The notes under the pieces: generated by a model
Database searches by the model: none
The model's input: only the letters and a program-made list of their open reading frames with translations
What the model was told of the DNA's origin: nothing
Origin: a virus
Taxonomy: Duplodnaviria; Heunggongvirae; Uroviricota; Caudoviricetes
Virus record (IMG/VR): IMGVR_UViG_3300036829_000172
Coordinates: 1-62,194 of that record
Reading direction: 5' to 3' (one strand)
Length of the DNA stretch: 62,194 bases
Shown: one piece after another, positions 1 through 9,585 of the stretch
Position numbering within the stretch: position 1 is the stretch's first letter
Layout: every line of letters starts with the position of its first letter
Position numbers and translations under genes: made by a program

Positions 1-1047
1 GGTGCCGCTGTTCGCGCCGCTGCCCGCGCTGCCGCTGACGGTGGCCGAATTACCGCCGGCGCCACCGGCATACGCGACTCCGCCGCCGTCACGTCGGGCC
101 CCGCCGCCGCCGCCGGGCGCACCGCCGGTGGTGTTGTTCACCGCTGTGAGCCCATTGCTGCCGTTACCCGACCAGCCGCCGACCGCGCCAGCGGTGCCGC
201 TGTGAGTGGTGGGGCTAGCGCCACTGACAGTGGTGGTGCCCGCAGCGCCAGCGGTGCCGCCCGCACTGCCGCTGCCACCATTGCCAGCGCCGCCGCCGCC
301 GCCAGCTGTCAGTGAGATGGAGCCCGACGAGAATGTGGCGTTCGCACCGTTATTCGCGGAGCCGCCGCTGGAGTTCGACGCGGTGGATGGGGGTGTGCTG
401 ACGCTGTAGGTGGTGCCCAGAGATGCAACAGGGATGAAGAACCGGTCAATCTTGCCCGCACCGCCACCGCCGCCGCCGCCGGCCACATCGGCGAACGCTC
501 CGCCGAAACTCCACCCACCAGCGCCGCCGGCACCGATCAGAGTGACCCATACACCGGCAGTGTTTGCCGGGACGGTGCCATTGGTGATGTTCTGGTTGAG
601 GTCATTGAATGCGGTAAATGCGTTCGCTCCGCTCATGGCGACAGCAAGCGTCAGCGCGATTCCGAATGTACGAGCGTACTGCTCGGCGCCGACCATACCG
701 ATAGCCAGCGACAACGGTACGTTGAAGGTGCGTGCGTACAACTCGGTAGCTGCCATAACGACGGCAGGAGTGACGTCCACTGTGAAAGAAGCCGGTGTGG
801 GCGTTGGTGTCTCAGCGCCAACAACTAACGACAACGCAACGTTGAAGTCAGCGACGGATACTCCGGCAGCCGCCATATCGCACGATGGCGTTAGTGAAAT
901 ACCGAACGCCCCAACAGATACCGGTGCCGGTACCATGCCAACCTCGAGCGATATTTGCACCTGGAATGCGTAATTCAGTGCCGCCCACCACGACACACCA
1001 CCCGGTTTCTGCACGGGCGGCGGGGTAGCGCCCCAAAACGTCGGCAC
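1..1047 (-). CDS. Glycine-rich minor tail protein (3' end outside window; not in ORF track)
   Basis: GTG at 1047 directly after upstream TAA; reads MPTFWGATPPP...VWVTLIGAGGAGG...GGGGGGGAG, apparently open to position 1. Confidence 0.8.
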   Translation of the reverse strand, partial: MPTFWGATPPPVQKPGGVSWWAALNYAFQVQISLEVGMVPAPVSVGAFGISLTPSCDMAAAGVSVADFNVALSLVVGAETPTPTPASFTVDVTPAVVMAATELYARTFNVPLSLAIGMVGAEQYARTFGIALTLAVAMSGANAFTAFNDLNQNITNGTVPANTAGVWVTLIGAGGAGGWSFGGAFADVAGGGGGGGAGKIDRFFIPVASLGTTYSVSTPPSTASNSSGGSANNGANATFSSGSISLTAGGGGGAGNGGSGSAGGTAGAAGTTTVSGASPTTHSGTAGAVGGWSGNGSNGLTAVNNTTGGAPGGGGGARRDGGGVAYAGGAGGNSATVSGSAGSGANSGT

Positions 1048-3579
1048 TTACGTCTGCCTCGCCGTGATCGAGACGTAGCCGTCCGCGCCGTCCGCGCCGG
1101 GATCGGCGTAGGGCCCCGCGCCGCTGCCGCCCGCGCCCGGGTACCCCGCATAGGGGGTGTACAAAGTTGTCGGCCCGCCGAAGTATTGCTGACCCTGCCA
1201 GGTGAAGTCGCCGGGGCCGATGCCTTGGCTGGCGCCGCCGTGATTCGAGAAACCGCCGACCAGCCCTGCCTGACCACCCGCACACGTCAGTGTGTGCGCA
1301 ACACTGGAGGGATCAGTCCACGAAATCGTTGTCGCGTCACCGTTTGTGCCGTTGCCGCCGGGACCACCTGGACCACCGTTGCCGACGACGATGGTCAACG
1401 ATGTGGCGGTAGTGGGATAGTCGACGCCGCACACCAACGTGATCGCGTTCCACGTGCCGCCGAGGCCACCCTCGCCGCCGAGGAAGTATCCCGACCCGCC
1501 GCCGCCGCCGCCCGCGCCCAGACCGACCAAATCCAGTTTCGTGCCGGCTACCTTGGCGAAATCCGGGATGGTGTAGGTGTAGGTGCCGTTGGTGACATAC
1601 TCGTCGACCTGATTCGGCATGTAATTCGCTGGAACATCAAGGATGCCGAAATTGATGTAGGGCAGGGTGCTGTTGTAGGTGATCTGCGAGTCGGTGATGG
1701 ATGCTGGTGTGGCCCCTCCGGTGGACGCGATGGTGCGCACCGCAGCGAGGTTGGGAGGGTAGGCGGTCGGATGGTTCGGCGTCGGAATCTGTTTGGTGGC
1801 CACCGACAACGTGCCCGAGCCAGCGTTGACTATCCCCAACGCAAAGAGGTCACCGGCAGCCACCGTTGGCTGGCTGGCACCCGGTATGAGTGCTCGGACG
1901 TATCCCACCGACCCGTTGGGTACCAGCGATGAGATGTCTGAGGAGTTCCACAGCGCCGTCTTGACTCCCGTCGACGGGTTCACTTTGTACACGTTGACGA
2001 AAATGTTTGTGCCACCGTTGCCTTGGGCCAGAAACTCGACGAAGCCTTTCTTGGCGGATTCCGCTGGCCGGAACATTGCGATTATCGAGGTTCCTGCTGC
2101 CACGGCGGTCATGGGTGTTGTGCTGCCCGCGGTGAAGTCGGTCAGGTGGAACGTGGATTCGCTGGTCGGGTCCAGGCCGGCGCGTACCGGCTTGTTGGTC
2201 CGCTGCGTCAACGTCTGCTGGTGGAAGACGGCCAGATTGATGGCGTCCCACGCCTGTTGGGCGGTGGTCTGCATCAGGCTGAACAGTTGGGACAAGTCGA
2301 GCCCGCTCTTGGGTGCGTTGGCCAACGCGGAGCCCAGACCGTCGAACATGTTGTTGAAGGTGGTGACGAGGTCTTCGATGCCTTGCATACCGGCGACGCT
2401 GGAGCCGTCGATCTGGGGGATGTTCGACACGTTGCCCAGCCAGCTGGAATCGATGACGCCGTGCAGGTAGTGCACCGCGTCGTCGAAGTACACATCCCCG
2501 GCCGAGACGGTCGCGGTGACCTCCAAGCAGAGGGTGATATACGACGTTCCGGCGGGGGCTTGGTGGCTGCCGGTCAGATGCTGCCACGTCGGCTGATCGG
2601 TGGCGGGGGCGGTGATCGAGGCCAGCACCCGCTGTGGGTCGGCAGCGATCAGGTTGTGGTTGATGTCCCATGCGTTGGCGCTCAATTGGATGGCCGCGCC
2701 GGGCCCGGCGACGACACCCGACCACGACACCCACACCTCGAAGTCGGTTTGCTGGCCCGGCTTCGTGTTGATGGGTACACCGTCGAGCTGACGCAACTCG
2801 CTGGCCCCGGTGGTGTGCACGGAGCCGACGACGGTGGAGTTGACGGTGCGCCCGACGGTGCCGCTCCAATCCCACTTGCCTTCCCCGTCGATCACCTTCG
2901 GGTCGTCAAAGCCGGGATCGGGCAGCAGGTTGTTGCTCAACACGGAGGTGCTGCCGGGCATGACGTCGAGCAGGTGCGGCGGGATCGGTGTCGAGGTGGT
3001 CAGCGAGCCGGCCGGGACGAAGATGTCCAGCAGCCATTCGCCGGCGTGCTCGATCGGGTCGAACACGGTGGCCTGCAGATCGGGAAGCCCCAGCAGCGCC
3101 CCCAGGTTGCTCCACGATAGTGACCAGGCGGTGCGCAGGTCGGCGGCGTCCTTGCCGGTTTGGCTGCTGCCGGTCAGGACGTCCCACAGCACATCGACGA
3201 TGTCTTGGGGCAGCTGGGATCCGGCGAACAGGTTGGTGGGCAGCAGGATGTTGTTGATGAAGTCGTGCGCGGCCTGGTCGACGTTGAAGTTGGGGTCCAG
3301 CGGGTTGAGCTCGCCGAGGAACGTTTCAAGGTTGGCGAAGTAGGTGTTGAGCTCCTCGAATCCGGCGTCACCGCCGGAACCGTCGAGGTTGAAGCCCAGC
3401 AGCCCGTTGAGGAACCCCTGAAACAGGGAGGTGACCTGGTTTCCAGTGCTGGCGGCCTGCTTGCCGACGACACCCGACACGCCCTGGTCGAGCTGGTTGA
3501 GCGGATCCTTGTCGACGGTGAACAGATTGGCGCCGGCCAGCGCGTTGCTGCCCGCCTTGAGGTCGATCGCTCCGGCCAC
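1048..3579 (-). CDS. Minor tail protein with carbohydrate-binding-like domain and Gly-rich C-terminus
   Basis: NLLPDPGFD...VYFDDA sugar-binding-type motif, C-terminal LVGLGAGGGGGG; position in tail operon. Confidence 0.8.
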   Translation of the reverse strand: MAGAIDLKAGSNALAGANLFTVDKDPLNQLDQGVSGVVGKQAASTGNQVTSLFQGFLNGLLGFNLDGSGGDAGFEELNTYFANLETFLGELNPLDPNFNVDQAAHDFINNILLPTNLFAGSQLPQDIVDVLWDVLTGSSQTGKDAADLRTAWSLSWSNLGALLGLPDLQATVFDPIEHAGEWLLDIFVPAGSLTTSTPIPPHLLDVMPGSTSVLSNNLLPDPGFDDPKVIDGEGKWDWSGTVGRTVNSTVVGSVHTTGASELRQLDGVPINTKPGQQTDFEVWVSWSGVVAGPGAAIQLSANAWDINHNLIAADPQRVLASITAPATDQPTWQHLTGSHQAPAGTSYITLCLEVTATVSAGDVYFDDAVHYLHGVIDSSWLGNVSNIPQIDGSSVAGMQGIEDLVTTFNNMFDGLGSALANAPKSGLDLSQLFSLMQTTAQQAWDAINLAVFHQQTLTQRTNKPVRAGLDPTSESTFHLTDFTAGSTTPMTAVAAGTSIIAMFRPAESAKKGFVEFLAQGNGGTNIFVNVYKVNPSTGVKTALWNSSDISSLVPNGSVGYVRALIPGASQPTVAAGDLFALGIVNAGSGTLSVATKQIPTPNHPTAYPPNLAAVRTIASTGGATPASITDSQITYNSTLPYINFGILDVPANYMPNQVDEYVTNGTYTYTIPDFAKVAGTKLDLVGLGAGGGGGGSGYFLGGEGGLGGTWNAITLVCGVDYPTTATSLTIVVGNGGPGGPGGNGTNGDATTISWTDPSSVAHTLTCAGGQAGLVGGFSNHGGASQGIGPGDFTWQGQQYFGGPTTLYTPYAGYPGAGGSGAGPYADPGADGADGYVSITARQT

Positions 3580-3588
3580 CGCGCACCC

Positions 3589-5055
3589 CTAAACAGGCAT
3601 GAGCAGAACCATGATCTGCGCATCGGTCGGGGAGAACACGTACAGGCCCAGGTTGCCGTCGTTGTACAGGTTGACGTAGATGGTGCCCTCCGCGGGGCTG
3701 GAGTGGTTGGCGGGCACGACGCCGACGCCGTTGGTGGGGGTGATCGCCGCGGACGGGGTGTTCGGGTTCGAGTAGTGCGGCATGATGTTGACCTCGCCGA
3801 GGCTGTTGCCGAACCCGCGGGCGATCTGCGTGCCGGTGGTCGGGTCGCCGAGACGCACTTCGCAGCCGATCATCAGCGGGTTCGCCGACAGTTCGATGCC
3901 GAACGCGCCGATGTGCCCCCACACGATCGGGGTCCACGGGAACGGCTGCGGCGGGATCGCGAACGAGCCGATCGCGGCGCGCTGGCTGATGCCCGAGAAG
4001 CTGGTGAACGAGCCCTCGGGCATCGAGAACGCGCCGGGCAGCACCTGCGACACCGACACCGGCACCCACACCGGGAACTGCACGGACGCGCCGCTGGTCG
4101 TCGGCGGCGTGGCCACGCTGCCGGCGCCGCCGGTGTCGGTGAACGTCAGCACGGTGCCGGCGACCGTGCCGATGAGGCTGTTTTCACCGCCGGCGGTGGT
4201 GCCCCGGTAGATCCGGTAGCCGGTCGGGCCGAAATTCCCGGAACCGGCGGCCTGCCAGTTCAACGTCACCGACGACGTGGTGCCGGTCACGGGTACGGAC
4301 ACCTCGTTGGAGACGGTGGTTTCACCGTTGGCGTTGACGGCGGTCACCACGTAGTAGTAGGTCCCGGCGGCCAGCGTGCCGCCAGTGGCCACCCGGATGC
4401 CGATCAGCGCCGCGGGCGGCGACAGATGCCCGGTGGTGTAACGGCCGGTGAACCCGAGCAGGTCGAACGGCGACGGCGGGTTGGTGGTGAAATCGACGTC
4501 GGGGCACAGCGCCAGCGCCGGCGCCGGTCCCTGCGGGCCGGCGGGAGCCGACATGAAGAAATCCATGTCCGGTTCCCACTTGTTGCCGCCCACATCGAGA
4601 TGCGAAACCTGACCCGGCGGCAGCATCGTCAGGGACGGCGTGATGATCGGCACCGGGCCTTGCGGGCCGGGCGAGCCCAGCATCAGGCGCCGCCACGTGG
4701 TGCCGTACCACAAATAGATCGACGAGCCGATGATGTCGCCGGCGGCGTCGATATCGTCGATGATCCAGTACTTGCCCAGGTCAGCGGAGGTGTTCGTCAA
4801 CGTCTGCGGCAGGTCGGCGGCAGAGTCGACGGCGTCGTTCTGCAAATCCATCGCGAACATGTTCGCCCCGGCCGGGCCTTCCGGACCCACCACAACCGCC
4901 ATCAGCAGGGTGCCCTGATCACCCTGAATCTCGTAGGTGGCGATGAACTCCGGCGGCTGCCCGGGCGGCACCACCACCCCGTACACGCGTGTGTTGATGA
5001 GATAGTTCTGCAGGAAGGCGGCGTCGCTGACCGGTAACGCGGTGGCGGTTGTCAC
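3589..5055 (-). CDS. Minor tail protein with Fn3/Ig-like insert
   Basis: Start reassigned to GTG 5055 (GTGA overlap, GGAGGAG RBS); collagen-like GP repeats; YYYVVTAVNANGET...GYRIYRGT. Confidence 0.8.
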   Translation of the reverse strand: MTTATALPVSDAAFLQNYLINTRVYGVVVPPGQPPEFIATYEIQGDQGTLLMAVVVGPEGPAGANMFAMDLQNDAVDSAADLPQTLTNTSADLGKYWIIDDIDAAGDIIGSSIYLWYGTTWRRLMLGSPGPQGPVPIITPSLTMLPPGQVSHLDVGGNKWEPDMDFFMSAPAGPQGPAPALALCPDVDFTTNPPSPFDLLGFTGRYTTGHLSPPAALIGIRVATGGTLAAGTYYYVVTAVNANGETTVSNEVSVPVTGTTSSVTLNWQAAGSGNFGPTGYRIYRGTTAGGENSLIGTVAGTVLTFTDTGGAGSVATPPTTSGASVQFPVWVPVSVSQVLPGAFSMPEGSFTSFSGISQRAAIGSFAIPPQPFPWTPIVWGHIGAFGIELSANPLMIGCEVRLGDPTTGTQIARGFGNSLGEVNIMPHYSNPNTPSAAITPTNGVGVVPANHSSPAEGTIYVNLYNDGNLGLYVFSPTDAQIMVLLMPV

Positions 5056-6224
5056 GTGATCTCCTCCATCGGCAGCACCATCACGAACACTTGCGCGTTG
5101 CCCGGGCTGAACAGGTAGGCACCCAGCGCGCCGTCGTTCCACAAGTTGATGTAGAGCGTTCCGGCTGTGCCGGTGTGGTTGGCGGGCACCACGTTGGTGC
5201 GGGTGCGCGGCGTGATCGCCGCTTTCGTGGCCTTCATCGACGAGTAGTGCGGCATGATGTTGACCTCGCCGAGGGTGTTGCCCAGCCCGCGGGCGACCTG
5301 CTGGCCGGTGACGGCGTTGCCCAGCAGCACCTGGCAGCCGACCATGAACGGGTTGCCGCTCAACTCGACACCCGCGCCGCCGATGTGCCCCCACACGATC
5401 GGCGTCCACGGGAACGGCTGCGGCGGCACCGCGAACGAACCGATCGGCGCCTGCTGGGAAAACCCGTTGTAGGAGGTGAACGCCGACTCGGGCATCGAAT
5501 ACGTCTTCGGCGTCAGCTGGGTGATGTTGTAGGGCACCCACACCGGCGCACCCTGCGGCGTGTAGTCGCCGGTGAACGCCAGCAGGTCCTCGGCGACGGG
5601 CGGCGTGCTGATCACATCCACGTCGGGGAACCCGTACAGCGCGCCGACCGGCCCGGGCGCCCCGGCCGGCGAGGGCATCATGAAATTCCACGTCGGCACC
5701 AGCGACGGCCCGGTCACCTTCACATACGCGGTCTCGGCGGGATCGATCGGGGTGATCAGCGGGTCGACCCGCGGCACCGCGCCGGGCTCACCCGGCACAC
5801 CCATCATCACCTGCCGGTAGAAGCTGCCCCACCAGATGTAGCACCACTGGGTCAGGATGTGGCCCTGGTCGTCGAGCTCGTCGAGCAGCCAGTACTTGCC
5901 GATGTCCTTGCGGTCATTGGTCAGGGTCGGCAGATCGGCGGGGCTGTTGACGGTCGGATCGTTCTGCTCGCGCAGCGCGAACACCGGCTGCCCGGCCGGT
6001 CCCCGCCGCCCGCGGATCGCGTCGAGGTTCATGTCGCCGACGTCGCCCATCACCTTCAGGCGGGCGCTGTACTGGTCCGGCACGTCCGGGGGGGTGGCCA
6101 CCGCTTCGCAGCCGACCTGCATGACGCACGAACACAGATACACGATGTCGCCGAGGCCCGGGACACCCGGCACGATGGGCGCGTTCAAAAACTGGTTCAA
6201 AAACTGAACACCGGTCGCCGTCAT
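5052..6224 (-). CDS. Minor tail protein (paralog of 3589-5055)
   Basis: Shares PPQPFPWTPIVWGHIG and LGEVNIMPHYS with the neighbouring gene. Confidence 0.8.
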   Translation of the reverse strand: MTATGVQFLNQFLNAPIVPGVPGLGDIVYLCSCVMQVGCEAVATPPDVPDQYSARLKVMGDVGDMNLDAIRGRRGPAGQPVFALREQNDPTVNSPADLPTLTNDRKDIGKYWLLDELDDQGHILTQWCYIWWGSFYRQVMMGVPGEPGAVPRVDPLITPIDPAETAYVKVTGPSLVPTWNFMMPSPAGAPGPVGALYGFPDVDVISTPPVAEDLLAFTGDYTPQGAPVWVPYNITQLTPKTYSMPESAFTSYNGFSQQAPIGSFAVPPQPFPWTPIVWGHIGGAGVELSGNPFMVGCQVLLGNAVTGQQVARGLGNTLGEVNIMPHYSSMKATKAAITPRTRTNVVPANHTGTAGTLYINLWNDGALGAYLFSPGNAQVFVMVLPMEEIT

Positions 6225-6832
6225 CAGTCCTCGTCCTCCGTCCGGGGCTCGTAGTCGGTGAACACCTGCGGCTTCTGATGCCAGATGTCGCCGAGATCCT
6301 GCGGCGGCGCCCCGTCACGCACGGCGGCCAGCCGCCGGGTGTCGGGCGGCAGCGTGTGGTCGTCGGCGCGATGCTCGGGCGCCAGCTCGTCGGCGGCGTC
6401 GTCGGGGGCGCGGGCGTCGACCCAGGTGTGGGCGTCGGCGTAGCAGCCCGGCGCGTTGATGGCCCGTTTCTTGATGTACTGCCGGCCGCTGAACCGGGCA
6501 CCCGACAGGGCCAACGTCCAGGCGATCGCGATCTTCGTCGGCCCCAGCATCGACAGGTCATGGGTGTGACCTTCGGGGTCCACCGGGTAGGACAGGCAGT
6601 CCAGGATCTCCAGGTAGGCGGCCTGCACCTTGAGCATCTCGAACGCCCGCTTCTCCTCCGCGGGGCTCAGGTCGGCCTGCTTGATGGTGCGCGGCGTCAA
6701 CTCGCCGTGCTGACCGAACTGCAGCGCAGGGATCGGGTCGCCTTCGCGGAACCGTTTCCGGTTACCGGCGAACTCGCGGCGGCGGCGGCGCTGCCCCTCA
6801 ACGACTTTGCGGCGTGGCTTGGATTCCGGCAT
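6224..6832 (-). CDS. Minor tail protein (mycobacteriophage gp29/DUF2744-like position)
   Basis: ATG 6832 immediately after upstream stop; synteny. Confidence 0.55.
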   Translation of the reverse strand: MPESKPRRKVVEGQRRRRREFAGNRKRFREGDPIPALQFGQHGELTPRTIKQADLSPAEEKRAFEMLKVQAAYLEILDCLSYPVDPEGHTHDLSMLGPTKIAIAWTLALSGARFSGRQYIKKRAINAPGCYADAHTWVDARAPDDAADELAPEHRADDHTLPPDTRRLAAVRDGAPPQDLGDIWHQKPQVFTDYEPRTEDED

Positions 6833-6834
6833 CG

Positions 6835-8802
6835 CTACCCCTCGAAAAGCGTTCCCTCGCCGGCCAGTTGACCCGCGAAGCCGTAGATGTTGGCCATCGT
6901 CTTGAACGCGGCGTGGAACGGATCGGACTTCTCCTTGTCCTCGCCGATCTTGACCGTCACCGTCAGCGCCTGATCCCAGCTCCACACCCGCTTGATGGAG
7001 TACACGTTGTCGACGTAGATGACGGAGTCGTGCTCGAAGCCGACCCGGTCGGCCAACGCGTAGTCGAGGTCGGCGATCCACGGGTGCCCGTTGAGGGTTT
7101 CAGCTTTGAACGCGGCGAACGCCCGGGTTTTCCAGTCGCCGTCACGCAGCGTCAGGATGCTGGCCAGCGTGTAGGCGGTGCCCGATCCGCGTTCGAAATG
7201 CTCCTGCCACGCCATGTCGCCGGCGTAGAGCGCACGGATCGGATCAGTGAATCGCTGCCAAGCCAGCAAAGTATTACTTAGCTGCTCTTGATAAAGGTTG
7301 TCGAGGCCCGGTGTACCGGGAACCTGCTGCTGACCACCACTCCAGATACCCAAATACAGGTTAATGACGCTCGACAATTCAGCCAAACCGTAGCGGATAG
7401 CAAACGTGATCGCTTGGTTGACAATGACAGGACTCTTCGACCCGGTCATGATCGTTTTGACCGCACCCTTGTGCCACGTCAGGTCGGTGTTGACCAGCCC
7501 GTTGTAGGTGCCGTCCCACCAGATCACCGCCGGCGGGTCGGGAGCCACACCCGCCAACTGCTCGATCAGATACGTGTGGTCGATACCCGACGCGTCCTGC
7601 ACCGACTCCCCGTTGAGCACCCGGCCCGGGTCGTAGGTGTCGCCGGTGTTCAGGTCGATCGCGAACGGAGTGATCAAATCGTCCAGCGTGACGGCCACCG
7701 TGTCCAAGAAACCGTCCGCCACGGTGCCGGTCGGGCCGGTGACCCCGTCATGCTGCTCGAACGCGAACACCACCGCGTTGCGGGTCGGCGCCGCCAGCTT
7801 CGCGACCGCCGCGTCCACCAGGCTGACGTCGATACCCAACAAGCCCGCCAGGATGTCGGGAGCCAGGCTCAGCAGCGACGCCAGCTCCACGTTCGGCGAA
7901 TCCTCGTCGGTGGTCAGGTACACGTAGGTCCGCATCGCGCACCCGGCGTCGGTCAGCAGATCCTTGTACGACTCGTGCCACGTCGTCCACGTCGCACCGA
8001 CACTGGACCAGCGGGACTGATCCAAACCCGTGTCGACGAACGCCACCTGGATCGGCCATGACGTCGGCAGGATGTTCTCGTACGCGTCCGGATTCAGCGG
8101 ATTCAGCCACGCCGCCGGATTGAAAATGTTGGTGATCGTCGACAGGCCGGGCATGAACAGCCGAGCCAGGTTGATGAAGCTGGTGGCGGCCAGGATGGTG
8201 CGCGTCGGTCCGGGCAGCACCCACATGCGGGGCAGCTGGATCTCCGGCGGAAAGATCGGATTGGCCGCCACCAGGAGCCGTTTCGCATGCTCCCGGAAGT
8301 GCAGCGCGGTCAGCTCGATCGAGTGGATGCCCTTGTCGTCGCGTTTGACGTGGATCTCGGTGATCTTGCCGCCCCACCGGCGCCGCCAATTGGGGTTCAG
8401 CGGGTCCCAGTCGATCAGCAGGTTGAGGTCTTCGACGGCCAGCGTGTCGTTGATCAGCAGGTCTTTGATCCAGTGCGCCCATTTGATGTTCACCGTCGCC
8501 TTGCCGGTGTCCTCCATCAACTCCTCGACGCTGCCCTGAACCTCGCCGACGAGCTCCCACATGTTCTCGACGTTTCCGTCGGTCACCCGGATCAGCGGTT
8601 TGATCTTGGAGCCGGCGATGACGGTGTCCCGTATCCCACCCAGGTAGGTGGCCGTCGCGGCGGGCTGAGTCAGCAGGTCAGGCTGTACCGGTGCGCCGGG
8701 GGTGGGCAGCAGATTCTGAACCCACTCGGTGAACCGCAGCGTGTCCGGCGACACCGTGGGGATGACGCCGAGGTCAGCAAGGAACTGGGTCACCGCAGAC
8801 AC
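6835..8802 (-). CDS. Minor tail/baseplate hub protein (Gp37-like)
   Basis: RRWGGKITEI, LLVAANPIFPPEIQLPR motifs typical of actinophage gp28/Gp37-like proteins; start uncertain (8802 or 8859). Confidence 0.75.
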   Translation of the reverse strand: MSAVTQFLADLGVIPTVSPDTLRFTEWVQNLLPTPGAPVQPDLLTQPAATATYLGGIRDTVIAGSKIKPLIRVTDGNVENMWELVGEVQGSVEELMEDTGKATVNIKWAHWIKDLLINDTLAVEDLNLLIDWDPLNPNWRRRWGGKITEIHVKRDDKGIHSIELTALHFREHAKRLLVAANPIFPPEIQLPRMWVLPGPTRTILAATSFINLARLFMPGLSTITNIFNPAAWLNPLNPDAYENILPTSWPIQVAFVDTGLDQSRWSSVGATWTTWHESYKDLLTDAGCAMRTYVYLTTDEDSPNVELASLLSLAPDILAGLLGIDVSLVDAAVAKLAAPTRNAVVFAFEQHDGVTGPTGTVADGFLDTVAVTLDDLITPFAIDLNTGDTYDPGRVLNGESVQDASGIDHTYLIEQLAGVAPDPPAVIWWDGTYNGLVNTDLTWHKGAVKTIMTGSKSPVIVNQAITFAIRYGLAELSSVINLYLGIWSGGQQQVPGTPGLDNLYQEQLSNTLLAWQRFTDPIRALYAGDMAWQEHFERGSGTAYTLASILTLRDGDWKTRAFAAFKAETLNGHPWIADLDYALADRVGFEHDSVIYVDNVYSIKRVWSWDQALTVTVKIGEDKEKSDPFHAAFKTMANIYGFAGQLAGEGTLFEG

Positions 8803-8962
8803 CGCCGCTGCCGGTAGTGCCGCACGACGCGGCCCTTGAAACGGGAGAAAAAGCCGCATTCACGGGGGCACCAGTAGCAGCCGGTGTCGTCCTGCCACCA
8901 GTCCAGAGCACGCCGAATGATCACGACACCCCCTGTCGGACAGCCACGGTAAATTCAGCCCC

Positions 8963-9574
8963 GTGAAACACTGCCGCCGATGCGGAGGAAGCGCGTTCTA
9001 CGACACGGGGCGCTGCGCGGCGTGTGCACGCGAGAGCGCGAACGAGTGGTATGCCACCAACTGCGAGCTCGCTAAGAAGCGCATGGCCGACTACTATGCG
9101 GCCAATCGCGAGAAGCTGAAGGCGGCGACCGCTATCTATCGCAGCTCCAACAGCGACTGGAAGCGCGAGTATGACAGTGAGTACGGACAGCGTGAAAGCT
9201 ACCGCGACTACCAGCGTATTTACCGCAGCAGGAACCGTGAACAGTTGCGCGAGCGACAGAGACAGAGGTACGCCAGTGACGGGGTTTATCGATTGCGGCG
9301 GCAGCTTAACGCCATGAATCGGCGCGTCCGGATGGCGAATGTGCAGACCATTCCGTTCACCCTCCAACAACTGAGGCAACGCCTCGCCTATTGGAACAAT
9401 TGCTGTTGGATCTGTGGCGACCCGGCGACGGCAATTGATCACGTCAAACCACTCGCTAAAGGGGGCGCGCACATGCTGTGCAATTTCCGCCCGATTTGCC
9501 AGCTGTGTAATAACATGAAGCGCGACAAATGGCCTGTCCCGCCCCGAGCAGTGATACTCGGGCTGGTTGCGTAG
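8963..9574 (+). CDS. HNH endonuclease, antisense to the tail operon
   Basis: CWICG...IDHVKPLAKGG...NFRPICQLCN. Confidence 0.9.
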   Translation: MKHCRRCGGSAFYDTGRCAACARESANEWYATNCELAKKRMADYYAANREKLKAATAIYRSSNSDWKREYDSEYGQRESYRDYQRIYRSRNREQLRERQRQRYASDGVYRLRRQLNAMNRRVRMANVQTIPFTLQQLRQRLAYWNNCCWICGDPATAIDHVKPLAKGGAHMLCNFRPICQLCNNMKRDKWPVPPRAVILGLVA

Positions 9575-9585
9575 TATGGTGCTGG

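Noticed and set aside
1-1047. Host PE_PGRS gene marking a chromosome boundary
   Set aside because: No PE domain; coupled to the tail operon and resembles Gly-rich phage tail proteins.
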